From positions 1,760,001 to 1,824,000 of the forward strand of contig CBDFGR010000003.1 in assembly GCA_965247115.1 (NCBI GenBank): DNA of 64,000 bases, read 5' to 3'. The notes below the pieces were generated by a model. The model saw only the letters and a list, made by a program, of their open reading frames with translations. It was not told the origin of the DNA and did no database searches. The translations under genes were made by a program, and so were the position numbers. Shown here piece by piece: positions 31,574-40,740 of this stretch; position 1 is the stretch's first letter, and each line of letters begins with the position of its first letter. Origin of the DNA: Myxococcota bacterium. Its GTDB lineage: Bacteria; Myxococcota_A; UBA9160; SZUA-336.

Positions 31574-34500
31574 CTACCGGAAGTCGTGAGATAGTGGGAG
31601 CTGGGCGCGCAGGCTAGCGCCGTCCAAGCGCTCGAACCTGCGTGCCTGCACGTGGACCACGCCTTCCTGGTTCTGAAGCGGACCCTCGATGAGCAGCAGC
31701 CCGGCGCCGTGAATCACGGCGCGGTGCTGATGGAACATGTCGGGCACCACGATCGCGTTCGCGTGGCCGGTCTCGTCCTCGAGGGTGATGAAGAGGAAAC
31801 CTTTTGCCGTACCGGGCCGCTGGCGCACGATCACCACACCGGCAGTGCTTACCCATTGACCATTGGGCGCCTGCCGCAGCTCTTTCGCTGTCAGCACCCC
31901 CCGCTCGTGGAGCTCCTTGCGGAAGTGCGTCATCAGGTGCGCGCCCGTCGTGAGGCCGGTCCCCCGGTAGTCGGCTACGGTTCGCTCGAAGTCGTTCATC
32001 TCCGGAAGCGGGGAGGGCGTGCTGGAGCTGGCTCCAGAGAGCAGTCCACCCTGGAGAGCGGCGACCTGCCACAGGCCCTCGCGGCGGTCGAGCCCGAGGG
32101 CCGCACAGGCGCCGATCTCGGCCAGCCGTTCGAGCTCGTCGCGCTGCAGCTCGGTGCGCTGGGCGAGATCGGAGACCGAGCAGAAGGGCGATTCCGCCGC
32201 GATGCGGAGCCCCGCCTCCTCACGCAGACCGTCGACGTAGCGGAAGCCGAGACGCACGGCGCCATCCGCAGTCATGTGGCACAGCCAGTCGCTCGCTTGC
32301 ACGTCGACCGGCAGCACGCGCACCCCGTGACGTTGGGCGTCCTTGACCAGGGTCGCGGGGCTGTAGAAGCCGAGCGGGTAGTTGTTGAGCATGGCGCAGA
32401 GAAAGCAGCTCGGATGGTGTGCGTGGATGTAGGCGGAGGCATAGGCCAGTAGCGCGAAGCTCGCGGCGTGGCTCTCCGGAAATCCGTAGAGCGCGAACGA
32501 GCCGATCTGCTTCACGATCTGTTCCTGCACCGCTCCCTCTATACCGTGCTCGCTCATACCCTGGCGCAGCCGTGCCAGGATCGAGTTCATGCGCTCGACG
32601 GAGCGCTTGAAGCCCATGGCGCGGCGCAGCTCCTCCGCTTCGCCGCCGCTGAAGCCTGCGATCGTCATCGCCATCCGCAGCAGCTGTTCCTGGAACAGGG
32701 GAACACCGAGGGTGCGTTCGAGTATGGGAGCGAGATCGGGGTGGGCGTAGGTCACATCTTCGCGCCCCGCACGGCGCTTGAGGTATGGGCGGACCATATC
32801 GCCCGTGATCGGCCCTGGGCGGATGATGGCTACGGAAACGACGAGGTCGTAGAAGCAGGTGGGTTGCAAACGTGGAAGCGTCGCCATCTGTGCGCGGCTC
32901 TCCACCTGAAAGACGCCCACGGTGTCCGCCTTCTGCAGCATGGCGTAGGTCTCGGGATCGTCAGGAGGAATGCGCGCAAGGTCGAGGTCGACGCCGTCGT
33001 TGACGCGGATTAGCGGGAGCACTTCTTCCAGCACCGCCATCATGCCGAGACCGAGCAGATCGATCTTGATGATGCCGAGGTCTGCGCAGTCCTCCTTGTC
33101 CCACTGCACCACGGTGCGTCCCGGCATGCGCGCGGGCTCGAGCGGAACCACTTCGTCCAGGCGTCCCCTGGAGATCACCATGCCTCCGGAGTGCTGGCCG
33201 AGGTGGCGCGGCAGGTGCTGGATCTCCGCGACCAGGCGCACGAGCTGACGGATGCGCGGGGCCTCCGAGTTCAGGCCGCCCTTCTCGAGCTGCTCCTCCA
33301 GCGCGTCGTGGTGGTCGATGTACTCGTGGCGCGAGATCAGCTTGGCCAGGCGGTCGATCTGCTCGGGCGCCAGGCTGAGGACCTTGCCCATCTCGCGCAC
33401 GGCGCTCTTCGGCCGATAGGTGATCACGTTCGCGGTCATGCCCGCGCCGTGCGGCCCGTATCGCTCGTAGGTGTACTGCAGGATCTCCTCGCGCCGATCA
33501 CCAGAGGGCAGGTCGATGTCGATGTCGGGCCACTCGCCGCGCTCTTCGGAGAGGAAGCGTTCGAAGAGCAGCCCGTAGCGCACGGGATCGATGGCCGTGA
33601 TACCGAGCGCGTAGCACACCAGGCTGTTGGCCGCGGAGCCACGGCCCTGACACAGAATCCCGCGCGCCCGGCACTCGCGCACGATGTCCCAGACGATCAG
33701 GAAATAGCCCTCGAGCTCGAGCCGCCCGATGATCTCGAGCTCGTGCTCCAGCTGCACGCGCACGTCCGCCGGGATCTTGCCTGCGAAACGCTCGCGCGCC
33801 CCCCGTTCGGAGAGCTGGCGGAGTACACCAGAGAGTGTCTCTCCTGGACCCAGGGGAAAGTCGGGAAAGTGGTAGCCGAGGTTCTCGAGTGTAAACTCGC
33901 AGCGCTCGGCCACGCGCAGCGAGTTCGTGAGCGCCTGGGGCAGGTCGTGGAACCGGCGCGCGAGCTCGTGCGTCGTGAGCAGGTGACGTTCGGCGTTGGG
34001 GAGCAGCAGGCGACCGGCACGGTCGAGCTCGGTCTTGTGCTTGAGGCAGGTGAGCGCGTCGAGCAGGCGCTTGCCGCCAGGCCGCGCGTGACGCACGTCT
34101 CCCGTGGCGAGGGGGGCGATCCCCGTCGCGAGCAGGGCTCGGTTGTGCCGCTCCTGGTCGGGATCGCGGTGCCGCTGGAGCTCCCCGAAGGCGTCCAGAC
34201 CGAACACGTCGCGCAGCGGTTGGGCGAGGGCTGGCTCGCGCACGATCGCGACCAGCCCTTCTCGGTGCTCGCGCAGAGCGTCCCAGCTGACGCGGCTGTG
34301 GGGCTTCTCGAAGTCGCGGTGCCCCAGCGTGAGCAGACGGGAGAGGTTGCGGTAGCCCTGGCGATCCTTCACGAGCAAATTGACACGTCCACCAGCCGGG
34401 GGCGGGTCCGTCTTGCCCGCCTTGCGGGTCCCGGCCCGCGGGCGGCCGCGGGCCACCCGCCTTCGCTCGGCTTCGCCTCGCTGCGCGCGCCGCGAGAGCG

Positions 34501-34738
34501 GCGCTTGCTGGTTGCCCTGCAGGGTTACGCGTGCGCCGATGATTGCGCGCAGGCCGTGTTTTTTGGCGGCGCTGTGAAAGCGTGGGATCCCGTAGAGACC
34601 GTCGACGTCGCTGAGCGCGAGCGTTCCGTGTCCGAGCTCTGCTGCGCGCTCTACGAGGTCCTCGGGAAGCGAGCTTCCCTCCAGGAAGCTGAACGCGCTG
34701 CGCATGCCGAGCTCAATGAAGTTAGTCGTAGATGCCAT
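31574..34738 (-). CDS. dnaE2: Error-prone DNA polymerase DnaE2 (ImuC)
   Basis: SAFSFLEGSS, GRGSAANS, PDIDID, GQHSGG, YGFPESHAASF, RQRPGTAKG, C-terminal SHDFR. Confidence 0.93.
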   Translation of the reverse strand: MASTTNFIELGMRSAFSFLEGSSLPEDLVERAAELGHGTLALSDVDGLYGIPRFHSAAKKHGLRAIIGARVTLQGNQQAPLSRRAQRGEAERRRVARGRPRAGTRKAGKTDPPPAGGRVNLLVKDRQGYRNLSRLLTLGHRDFEKPHSRVSWDALREHREGLVAIVREPALAQPLRDVFGLDAFGELQRHRDPDQERHNRALLATGIAPLATGDVRHARPGGKRLLDALTCLKHKTELDRAGRLLLPNAERHLLTTHELARRFHDLPQALTNSLRVAERCEFTLENLGYHFPDFPLGPGETLSGVLRQLSERGARERFAGKIPADVRVQLEHELEIIGRLELEGYFLIVWDIVRECRARGILCQGRGSAANSLVCYALGITAIDPVRYGLLFERFLSEERGEWPDIDIDLPSGDRREEILQYTYERYGPHGAGMTANVITYRPKSAVREMGKVLSLAPEQIDRLAKLISRHEYIDHHDALEEQLEKGGLNSEAPRIRQLVRLVAEIQHLPRHLGQHSGGMVISRGRLDEVVPLEPARMPGRTVVQWDKEDCADLGIIKIDLLGLGMMAVLEEVLPLIRVNDGVDLDLARIPPDDPETYAMLQKADTVGVFQVESRAQMATLPRLQPTCFYDLVVSVAIIRPGPITGDMVRPYLKRRAGREDVTYAHPDLAPILERTLGVPLFQEQLLRMAMTIAGFSGGEAEELRRAMGFKRSVERMNSILARLRQGMSEHGIEGAVQEQIVKQIGSFALYGFPESHAASFALLAYASAYIHAHHPSCFLCAMLNNYPLGFYSPATLVKDAQRHGVRVLPVDVQASDWLCHMTADGAVRLGFRYVDGLREEAGLRIAAESPFCSVSDLAQRTELQRDELERLAEIGACAALGLDRREGLWQVAALQGGLLSGASSSTPSPLPEMNDFERTVADYRGTGLTTGAHLMTHFRKELHERGVLTAKELRQAPNGQWVSTAGVVIVRQRPGTAKGFLFITLEDETGHANAIVVPDMFHQHRAVIHGAGLLLIEGPLQNQEGVVHVQARRFERLDGASLRAQLPLSHDFR
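34421..34508 (+). repeat. Dispersed palindromic element inside dnaE2 coding frame
   Basis: CTTGCGGGTCCCGGCCCGCGGGCGGCCGCGGGCCACCCGCC...CTCGCTGCGCGCGCCG...CGGCGCTTGC. Confidence 0.85.
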
Positions 34739-36305
34739 CGATGAACCAGCTCTCGTCTTCCATGTTTCGATAGAGGCGGTAGACACCGCCGTCTGAGAGC
34801 TCCACGTCGTAGTAATCGCGTGCGAAGCGACTCTCTCCCCACCACTCTCCGAAGAGCCGCCAGGGGCCCGCGCACTGGAGTATCTGTCTTGTGGGACCCG
34901 GGCGGCCTTGTGGGGCCCGGCGCGCGGGCGGCCGCGCGCCACCCACCTCCGCTCGCCTCCGGCTCGCGGCGCTTGCGGGGGAGGCGTCCTCGATGGGCGT
35001 GATCTGCTCGGGCCGTTCTGCCCCTCGGACCCGCACCGGTCGTGGTGGCCGCAGGGATCGGAATGCAAGGGTGGCGCGGCCGGGGGGATCCGCATCGCAG
35101 AGGATGGAGGCGCCGTCTCTGGTAGACGCTTTTCGGTCGAGCACGAAGCTCTCCACGCGCGCGGCGTCGAGCTGGTGGGTGTCGCGTACGCCGGGGGCGC
35201 CGATCTGTCCCTGTCCGCACAGTGCCTCGAGGCGGGCGACGGTCAGGGCGAGCTCGGCCGGCTCGGGAAGCGGGGGGAGAAAGAAGTCGAGCTGGACCGC
35301 CTCCAGGTCGCCGGGGGTCGCGATCGCACGAGCGCGTTCCACCGGCTCCGGCGGAGGATCTCGCTCGAGCACGAGCCGCGCGAGCGAGACGAGCACGGGA
35401 ACTTCCAGCGTCGGCGCGGCCAGCTCCATGTCGCGCGCGTGAGTCTGACCGCCCTCGAGCACCAGCTCGAGCCGCAGCTTGCGGACCGCCAACCCGCGCA
35501 CTCGCAGCCTGCGCGTAAGGCGATCCAGTACCCCGCGCAGCAGGAATCCCAGCGCGTCGAGGTTGTCGATCCCGTACTCGGACTCGGCACCCTCTTCGAA
35601 GCGCAGTACGGCGGGTGTGGGACGGAACGGCTGCAGGTCCTCGCCGCACGCGCGCCGTACGAGCTTGATGCCTTCCTCGCCAAGCCGTGCCCCGGTTGGT
35701 CCCCGGGGCAGCTGCGCGAGCTCTCCGAGCGTGCGCACGCCCCAGCGCCAGAGCCGGTCGACCTCCTGCTCGGGTGGATCGAGCAGGTCGAGCGGCAACG
35801 GATTCAGGAAGGCGGCGACCTCCTCGCGCTTCACGATCCTTCCACCCCCGCAGTGTCGCGCCGCCAGCTCCGCCACCGTCCGCGTCGGCCCGACGCCGAG
35901 CCGCGTCTGCTCCAGTCCCACGTCGGTAAGCCGCGCTTCGAGAGCGGTCAGCAGGCCCCGCTCCGTCGGGAACAGCGCCCCCGTCCCGTCGAGATCGAGA
36001 AACGCCACTCCCTCGCGTGCCTTCTCCACCCGCGGACTGACCGAGCTCGCCACGTCGAGCAGCGCCTGCTCCGCAGAGCGAATGCCCTCGAGAGAGAGCG
36101 TGCACACCTGCAGGTCCGGCTCCACGGCCTTCGCCTGGGTTACCGTTATCCCCCGCATCCAGCCCGCCACGATCGGCGGGCTCTGGGTCCGGCCTCGCGG
36201 TCGGGTCTCGATGATCGCCAGCGGCTTGCCCCGCAGCTCCGGATCCCCCCGCAAGGCCGCCGCGAGCGGCAAGTCCTGTATGTGCAAGCATGCGACCCGT
36301 TCCAT
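34722..36305 (-). CDS. imuB: ImuB, inactive Y-family polymerase homolog
   Basis: SPRVE, WGVRTLGELAQLP, QLDFF, GPWRLFGEWW, RDYY, WFIDGIYD; overlaps the dnaE2 start. Confidence 0.85.
   Translation of the reverse strand: MERVACLHIQDLPLAAALRGDPELRGKPLAIIETRPRGRTQSPPIVAGWMRGITVTQAKAVEPDLQVCTLSLEGIRSAEQALLDVASSVSPRVEKAREGVAFLDLDGTGALFPTERGLLTALEARLTDVGLEQTRLGVGPTRTVAELAARHCGGGRIVKREEVAAFLNPLPLDLLDPPEQEVDRLWRWGVRTLGELAQLPRGPTGARLGEEGIKLVRRACGEDLQPFRPTPAVLRFEEGAESEYGIDNLDALGFLLRGVLDRLTRRLRVRGLAVRKLRLELVLEGGQTHARDMELAAPTLEVPVLVSLARLVLERDPPPEPVERARAIATPGDLEAVQLDFFLPPLPEPAELALTVARLEALCGQGQIGAPGVRDTHQLDAARVESFVLDRKASTRDGASILCDADPPGRATLAFRSLRPPRPVRVRGAERPEQITPIEDASPASAASRRRAEVGGARPPARRAPQGRPGPTRQILQCAGPWRLFGEWWGESRFARDYYDVELSDGGVYRLYRNMEDESWFIDGIYD
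34888..34976 (+). repeat. Dispersed palindromic element inside imuB coding frame (5' motif duplicated)
   Basis: CTTGTGGGACCCGG..CTTGTGGGGCCCGG...GCCACCCACCTCCGCTC...CGGCGCTTGC. Confidence 0.8.
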
Positions 36306-36354
36306 CTGATCTGCCTCTTTCGAGGATTTCGTCTTGCTTCCGAGGGAAACTCCT

Positions 36355-36385
36355 ATTTTCGCTATTTATTCGCTATTGAGTCAAG
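36355..36385 (-). promoter_or_regulatory. Putative promoter/operator of imuB-dnaE2: TTGAC box followed by CGAA-N7-CGAA
   Basis: Minus strand CTTGACTCAATAGCGAATAAATAGCGAAAAT; near-identical architecture upstream of imuA. Confidence 0.6.
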
Positions 36386-36415
36386 CGGCCTCTGCAGCTC
36401 GCCGTTAGAGCAGCT

Positions 36416-37180
36416 ATGACGCAATTCTCTGGACGCCAGCTGCTCGGGAGCGCTGCCGTGGTGGGGGTCTCAGTGATCGCCGGGAGCGTGCTGGTCGCGC
36501 TGTCTCTTTCCAAGGTGAGCTACCAGCTCGATCGCTCCGCGGTTCGTCTCGACGAGATCCGCTCGGTCGTGGCGGAGGCCAAGCAGGCCCTCGACACGCC
36601 ACGTGCGGCACCCCAGGCGGCTCGAAGGCCACAGAATCCGGATCCCAACCGTCGCTTCAGCGTCAAGACCGAGGGCGCGCCCAGCATCGGCCCGAAGACA
36701 GCTGCGATCACCGTCGTCGGGTTCTCCGACTTTCAATGACCCTTCTGCAAGAGGGTCGGTCCGACCCTCAAGCAGATCGAGAAGGAGTACGGCGACCAGG
36801 TCCGTATCGTCTTCAAGCACCAGCCGCTCAGCATGCATCCGAAGGCACCCGCCGCGCACGCCGCGGCAGAGGCCGCCTTCCGCCAGGGCAAGTTCTGGGA
36901 GATGCACGACAAGATCTTCCAGTACCAGCAACAGATGAGCCCCGCGAAATACGTGCAGTACGCGACGGAGCTCGGGCTCGATATCGAGCGCTTCAACAAG
37001 GACCTTGCTTCCGCCGAGGTCAAGAAGCGCATCGATGAAGACGTGAATGAGGCCGCCAGACTCGGCTCGACCGGAACGCCCGCCTTCTACGTGAACGGCA
37101 GGTACGTGCGGGGCGCGAAGCCTTTCGAGGCCTTCAAGCAGATCATCGACGCGGAGCTGGCCGCCAAGAACAAGAGCTGA
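36416..37180 (+). CDS. DsbA/thioredoxin-fold oxidoreductase, probable selenoprotein (UxxC)
   Basis: Single frame interrupted only by TGA at 36737-36739 in FSDFQ*PFCKR; continues FKHQPL..H, GKFWEMHD, GTPAFYVNG. Confidence 0.82.
36744..36776 (+). promoter_or_regulatory. Putative bacterial SECIS hairpin
   Basis: GAGGGTC-GGTCC-GACCCTC stem-loop starts 11 nt after the UGA; lower stem TCTGC/GCAGA. Confidence 0.68.
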
Positions 37181-37247
37181 GCTCGCCCCACGTTCCGCCG
37201 CCTTCCCCTTACACCCCTGCTGTACGGTCGAGCGGTACAATCCCGCC

Positions 37248-37802
37248 GTGGCAGGGATGGATCAGAAGCACCTACAAGACAGGTTGGCTGAGCTCTGCGC
37301 GGCGCGCACCGAGCACGGGGATCAGGAGCTCGGTCTGCTGGCGTGCAGGGAAGCGCTGGGCGCAGCTGCGAGGGGAAACTACGGCGTCGGGGCGGTCCTG
37401 ATCGATCCCAAGGGAGCAGTGATCGAGCGAGGTCAGAACGAGGCCTTCTATCCGAACTTTCGGAGCGATCGCCACGCCGAGATGGTGGTGATGAACGCCT
37501 TCGAGGCGCGCTGCCCGAGGCTCGACAACATGCGGGGCTACACGCTCGTCTCCTCGCTCGAGCCCTGTCCGATGTGCCTCGCGCGCCTGTTGATCACCGG
37601 CGTGGAGACTGTGAAGTTTCTGGCGCTGGACGAGCTCGGGGGAATGGCGACGCACCTGCACCAGCTGCCGACCGCCTGGGAACGTCTCGGACAGCGGGTG
37701 GAGTTCGTCCTGGCGGACGTCTCCGAAGAGCTGCGGCAGCTCGCCCTGGACGCTTTTCTTCTCAACTTGGAGCAGCTGCGGAACAAGCTCTACTCACGCT
37801 AG
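37248..37802 (+). CDS. Zn-dependent nucleoside/nucleobase deaminase
   Basis: GNYGVGAVL, HAEM, LEPCPMC. Confidence 0.85.
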   Translation: MAGMDQKHLQDRLAELCAARTEHGDQELGLLACREALGAAARGNYGVGAVLIDPKGAVIERGQNEAFYPNFRSDRHAEMVVMNAFEARCPRLDNMRGYTLVSSLEPCPMCLARLLITGVETVKFLALDELGGMATHLHQLPTAWERLGQRVEFVLADVSEELRQLALDAFLLNLEQLRNKLYSR

Positions 37803-37908
37803 TGAGTCCTTGGGCTGCGAGTGCTCGGAGTAGACGTCGCTTCGCGGGGGCCGAGAAGCGCGCGAGTGCTGGGGGTATACTCTCGGGAGCACCAGCCAGG
37901 GGAGCGAC

Positions 37909-39087
37909 GTGGATTTCACTTTTACCGCAGACGAGGAGGTCTATCGGGCCGAGGTACGGGCCTGGATGGTGGAGAACAAGCCCGACTGGTCTGAAAGCGG
38001 ATCCGAGGTCGAGCCGAGCAACGAGTTCGAGCGCCACCGGGCCTGGCATCAGAAGCTCTACGACGCCGGCTACGTCGGGGCGTCCTGGCCAGTGGAGTAC
38101 GGCGGGCAGGGGCGCACGCAGATCGAGAACGCGATCCTGCAGGAAGAGCTCGTGAAGAGCGGCGCCCCGGGAACCGTGAACGGCCTGGGTATCGGGCTTT
38201 GCGGACCCGCGCTTATCCATCACGGCACCGACGCTCAGCGCAAGCGCTTCCTTCGCCCCATGCTGCGGGCCGAAGAGATGTGGTGCCAGGGCTACTCGGA
38301 GCCCGGCGCCGGATCGGACCTCGCCAACGTCCAGACGCGCGCGGAGCTTGTGGGCGACCACTACGTGGTGAACGGTCAGAAGATCTGGACCTCTGGTGCA
38401 CACCTGGCGGATTGGAACTTCTGTCTCGTGCGCACGGACCCGGACGCGGTGAAGCACGGGGGCATCGGTTTCCTGCTGATCGACATGCACAGCCCCGGAG
38501 TCGAGGTGCAGCCGATCGTTCAGATCAACCGCGCCACCGGCTTCTCGCAGGTCTTCTACACGAACGTCGAGGTGCCGGCGGAGAACATGGTCGGAAAGCC
38601 GACCGAGGGTTGGAAAGTGGCCAACACCGTTCTGGGTTATGAGCGGGGCGCTGGTCTCCTTTCACAATCGGCCGGATTCCGTCGCCAGCTAGGCGCACTG
38701 ATCGAGCTGTCGCGCAGCGAGCGAGCCGGTGGCGCCTCGAAGGACCCGAACGTGCGTCAGGACCTGGCGCGGCACGCGATCGACGTCGAGATCCTGCGCT
38801 TGAACGGAATGCGTCAGCTGACACGACTCGCTCAGGGGGAGTCGCACGGTCCGGAGTCGAGCATTTCCAAGATCTACTGGTCGGAGCTCGACCAGCGCCT
38901 GGCGCGCACGGCCAACGACATGCTGGGGCCGTACGGCCAGCTCGATCATCTGACTCACCTTGCGCCCGAGGACGGCCATTGGAGCCACCGCGAGATCTCG
39001 TCGCGAGCGGGCTCGATCTACTCGGGGACGAACCAGATCCAACGAAACATCATCTCGGAACGCGTGCTGGGACTGCCTCGGCGCTAG
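37909..39087 (+). CDS. Acyl-CoA dehydrogenase
   Basis: WCQGYSEPGAGSDLA, NGQKIWTS, IYSGTNQIQRNII. Confidence 0.94.
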   Translation: MDFTFTADEEVYRAEVRAWMVENKPDWSESGSEVEPSNEFERHRAWHQKLYDAGYVGASWPVEYGGQGRTQIENAILQEELVKSGAPGTVNGLGIGLCGPALIHHGTDAQRKRFLRPMLRAEEMWCQGYSEPGAGSDLANVQTRAELVGDHYVVNGQKIWTSGAHLADWNFCLVRTDPDAVKHGGIGFLLIDMHSPGVEVQPIVQINRATGFSQVFYTNVEVPAENMVGKPTEGWKVANTVLGYERGAGLLSQSAGFRRQLGALIELSRSERAGGASKDPNVRQDLARHAIDVEILRLNGMRQLTRLAQGESHGPESSISKIYWSELDQRLARTANDMLGPYGQLDHLTHLAPEDGHWSHREISSRAGSIYSGTNQIQRNIISERVLGLPRR

Positions 39088-39093
39088 GGCCCG

Positions 39094-39786
39094 ATGCCCA
39101 TCGCGCGAGCATTCAACCGCACGTCCGAGTACTACGACGCGTGGATGAAGCAGGCCCTGCCTCGGTACGAGGAGTTGTTCTCGACGGCCGTAGAGCTCAT
39201 GGCCCTTCCCGCAGAGGGCGAGCTGCGAGTCCTGGAGCTCGGCGCGGGAACCGGCCTGTTCTCCGAGCGCGTGCTGCAGAAGTTCCCGCACGCGAGCTTC
39301 GTACTCTACGACGTCGCTGACGAGCTGCTCGAGCTAGCACGGACGCGCTTCTCACCGCATGCGGAACACTTCGAGTTTGTGCTCGACGACTACATGAACC
39401 TGAGCGAGAGCGACGCGTTCGACCTCGTCATCTCGAGCCTCTCGATCCACCACCTGGAGCACGCGAGCAAGCGCGACCTGTTTTCCCGCATCCACCGTGC
39501 GCTCAAGCCCGACGGGATCTTCATCAACGTGGATCAGATCCGGGCAGATACGGAGCTGCTGAGACAGCTGTACTGGTCGGACTGGCTCGAGAAGGTGCGG
39601 AAGGGCGGGGCGGAGGAGGAGCGCATTCAGGAGAGCGTGGAGCGGCGGCGGGAGTACGACAGGGATGCCTCGCTCGTGGAGCAGCTCGAGTGGCTCAAGG
39701 GCGCCGGATTTGCGGACGTAGACTGCGTGTACAAGAGCTACTTCGTCGGGGTGTTCCTGGCGGCAAAGCGCTCAGGGGCAGAATGA
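39094..39786 (+). CDS. Class I SAM-dependent methyltransferase
   Basis: VLELGAGTG, FDLVISSLSIHHL, LKPDGIFIN. Confidence 0.88.
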   Translation: MPIARAFNRTSEYYDAWMKQALPRYEELFSTAVELMALPAEGELRVLELGAGTGLFSERVLQKFPHASFVLYDVADELLELARTRFSPHAEHFEFVLDDYMNLSESDAFDLVISSLSIHHLEHASKRDLFSRIHRALKPDGIFINVDQIRADTELLRQLYWSDWLEKVRKGGAEEERIQESVERRREYDRDASLVEQLEWLKGAGFADVDCVYKSYFVGVFLAAKRSGAE

Positions 39787-40268
39787 CATTGACGGTGGGC
39801 GCAGGGAAGCGGACGGTCGGCGTCATCTCCGACACGCACGGCCTGGTGCGCCCGGAAGCCGTCGTGGCTCTGCGGGGCTGTGATCTCCTCATCCATGCCG
39901 GAGACGTCGGCAAGCCCGACGTGCTACGCGAGCTACGCGAGCTCGCGCCGCTCGTGGCCGTGCGTGGCAACGTGGACACGGGCGCCTGGGCCGAGTCGCT
40001 CGCGACGACCGAAGTCGTCGAGGTCGACGAGCAGCTCGTGTACGTGCTTCACGATCTCGGCCGTATTGAGCTCGATCCGGCCGCGGCGGGCTTTCGAGTA
40101 GTGATCAGCGGCCATTCCCATCAGCCGGAGATAGAGGAGCGAGACGGGGTGCTCTACCTGAATCCCGGTAGCGCGGGTCCGCGGCGCTTCGATCTGCCGA
40201 TCAGCCTCGGGCGCCTCGAGCTCGATGGGAGCGAGGCCCGTGCGGAGCTTGTTGAGCTCGTTCCCTGA
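39783..40268 (+). CDS. Metallophosphoesterase (YfcE/MJ0936 family)
   Basis: ISDTHG, HAGD, VRGNVD, GHSH, NPGS; ATGA overlap. Confidence 0.9.
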   Translation: MTLTVGAGKRTVGVISDTHGLVRPEAVVALRGCDLLIHAGDVGKPDVLRELRELAPLVAVRGNVDTGAWAESLATTEVVEVDEQLVYVLHDLGRIELDPAAAGFRVVISGHSHQPEIEERDGVLYLNPGSAGPRRFDLPISLGRLELDGSEARAELVELVP

Positions 40269-40343
40269 GATGAGACATCTTCGGGGCTGACATCCCGCTG
40301 CGCGCGCCTGTAGACTCGAACAGGTCGGTGCCAGGCCACGAGG

Positions 40344-40733
40344 GTGAAGCCGATGACAACTTCTGACGAACGCCCTGGAGTGTGGATCGGCCACGTGATG
40401 TTGCCGACGACCGACGTATCCAAGTCCAGTGAGTGCCTGCGCAAGCTGGGTTGCCGGCCGATCGAGCAGACTGAAGGCATCGCGATCCTGGAGCTGCGCG
40501 GGGGAACACACCTCTTGCTGCTAAAGAGCGATCGATCCATCCCCTCGGGAGCCAGAGCTCCCTTCGATCTGATGGTCGACGACGTTGACCTCGCTCACAA
40601 GGAGTGTACCGAGCTCGGCCTCTCTCCCTCGGAGATCAAGGACGTCCAGTTCCATCGCGCCTTCACGATCGTGGAACCGGCCGGCCACGAGATCACGATC
40701 AACTCCACACACGTCTCAAATAGGCCGGTCTAA
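40344..40733 (+). CDS. VOC / glyoxalase family protein
   Basis: IGHVML, ILELRGGTHL, FDLMVDDVD, EPAGHEI. Confidence 0.75.
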   Translation: MKPMTTSDERPGVWIGHVMLPTTDVSKSSECLRKLGCRPIEQTEGIAILELRGGTHLLLLKSDRSIPSGARAPFDLMVDDVDLAHKECTELGLSPSEIKDVQFHRAFTIVEPAGHEITINSTHVSNRPV

Positions 40734-40740
40734 CTTCGCT

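Noticed and set aside
36416..37180. Pseudogene or two separate small genes
   Set aside because: The only lesion is a TGA at the catalytic Cys position with a SECIS-like hairpin, so recoding is the simpler explanation.
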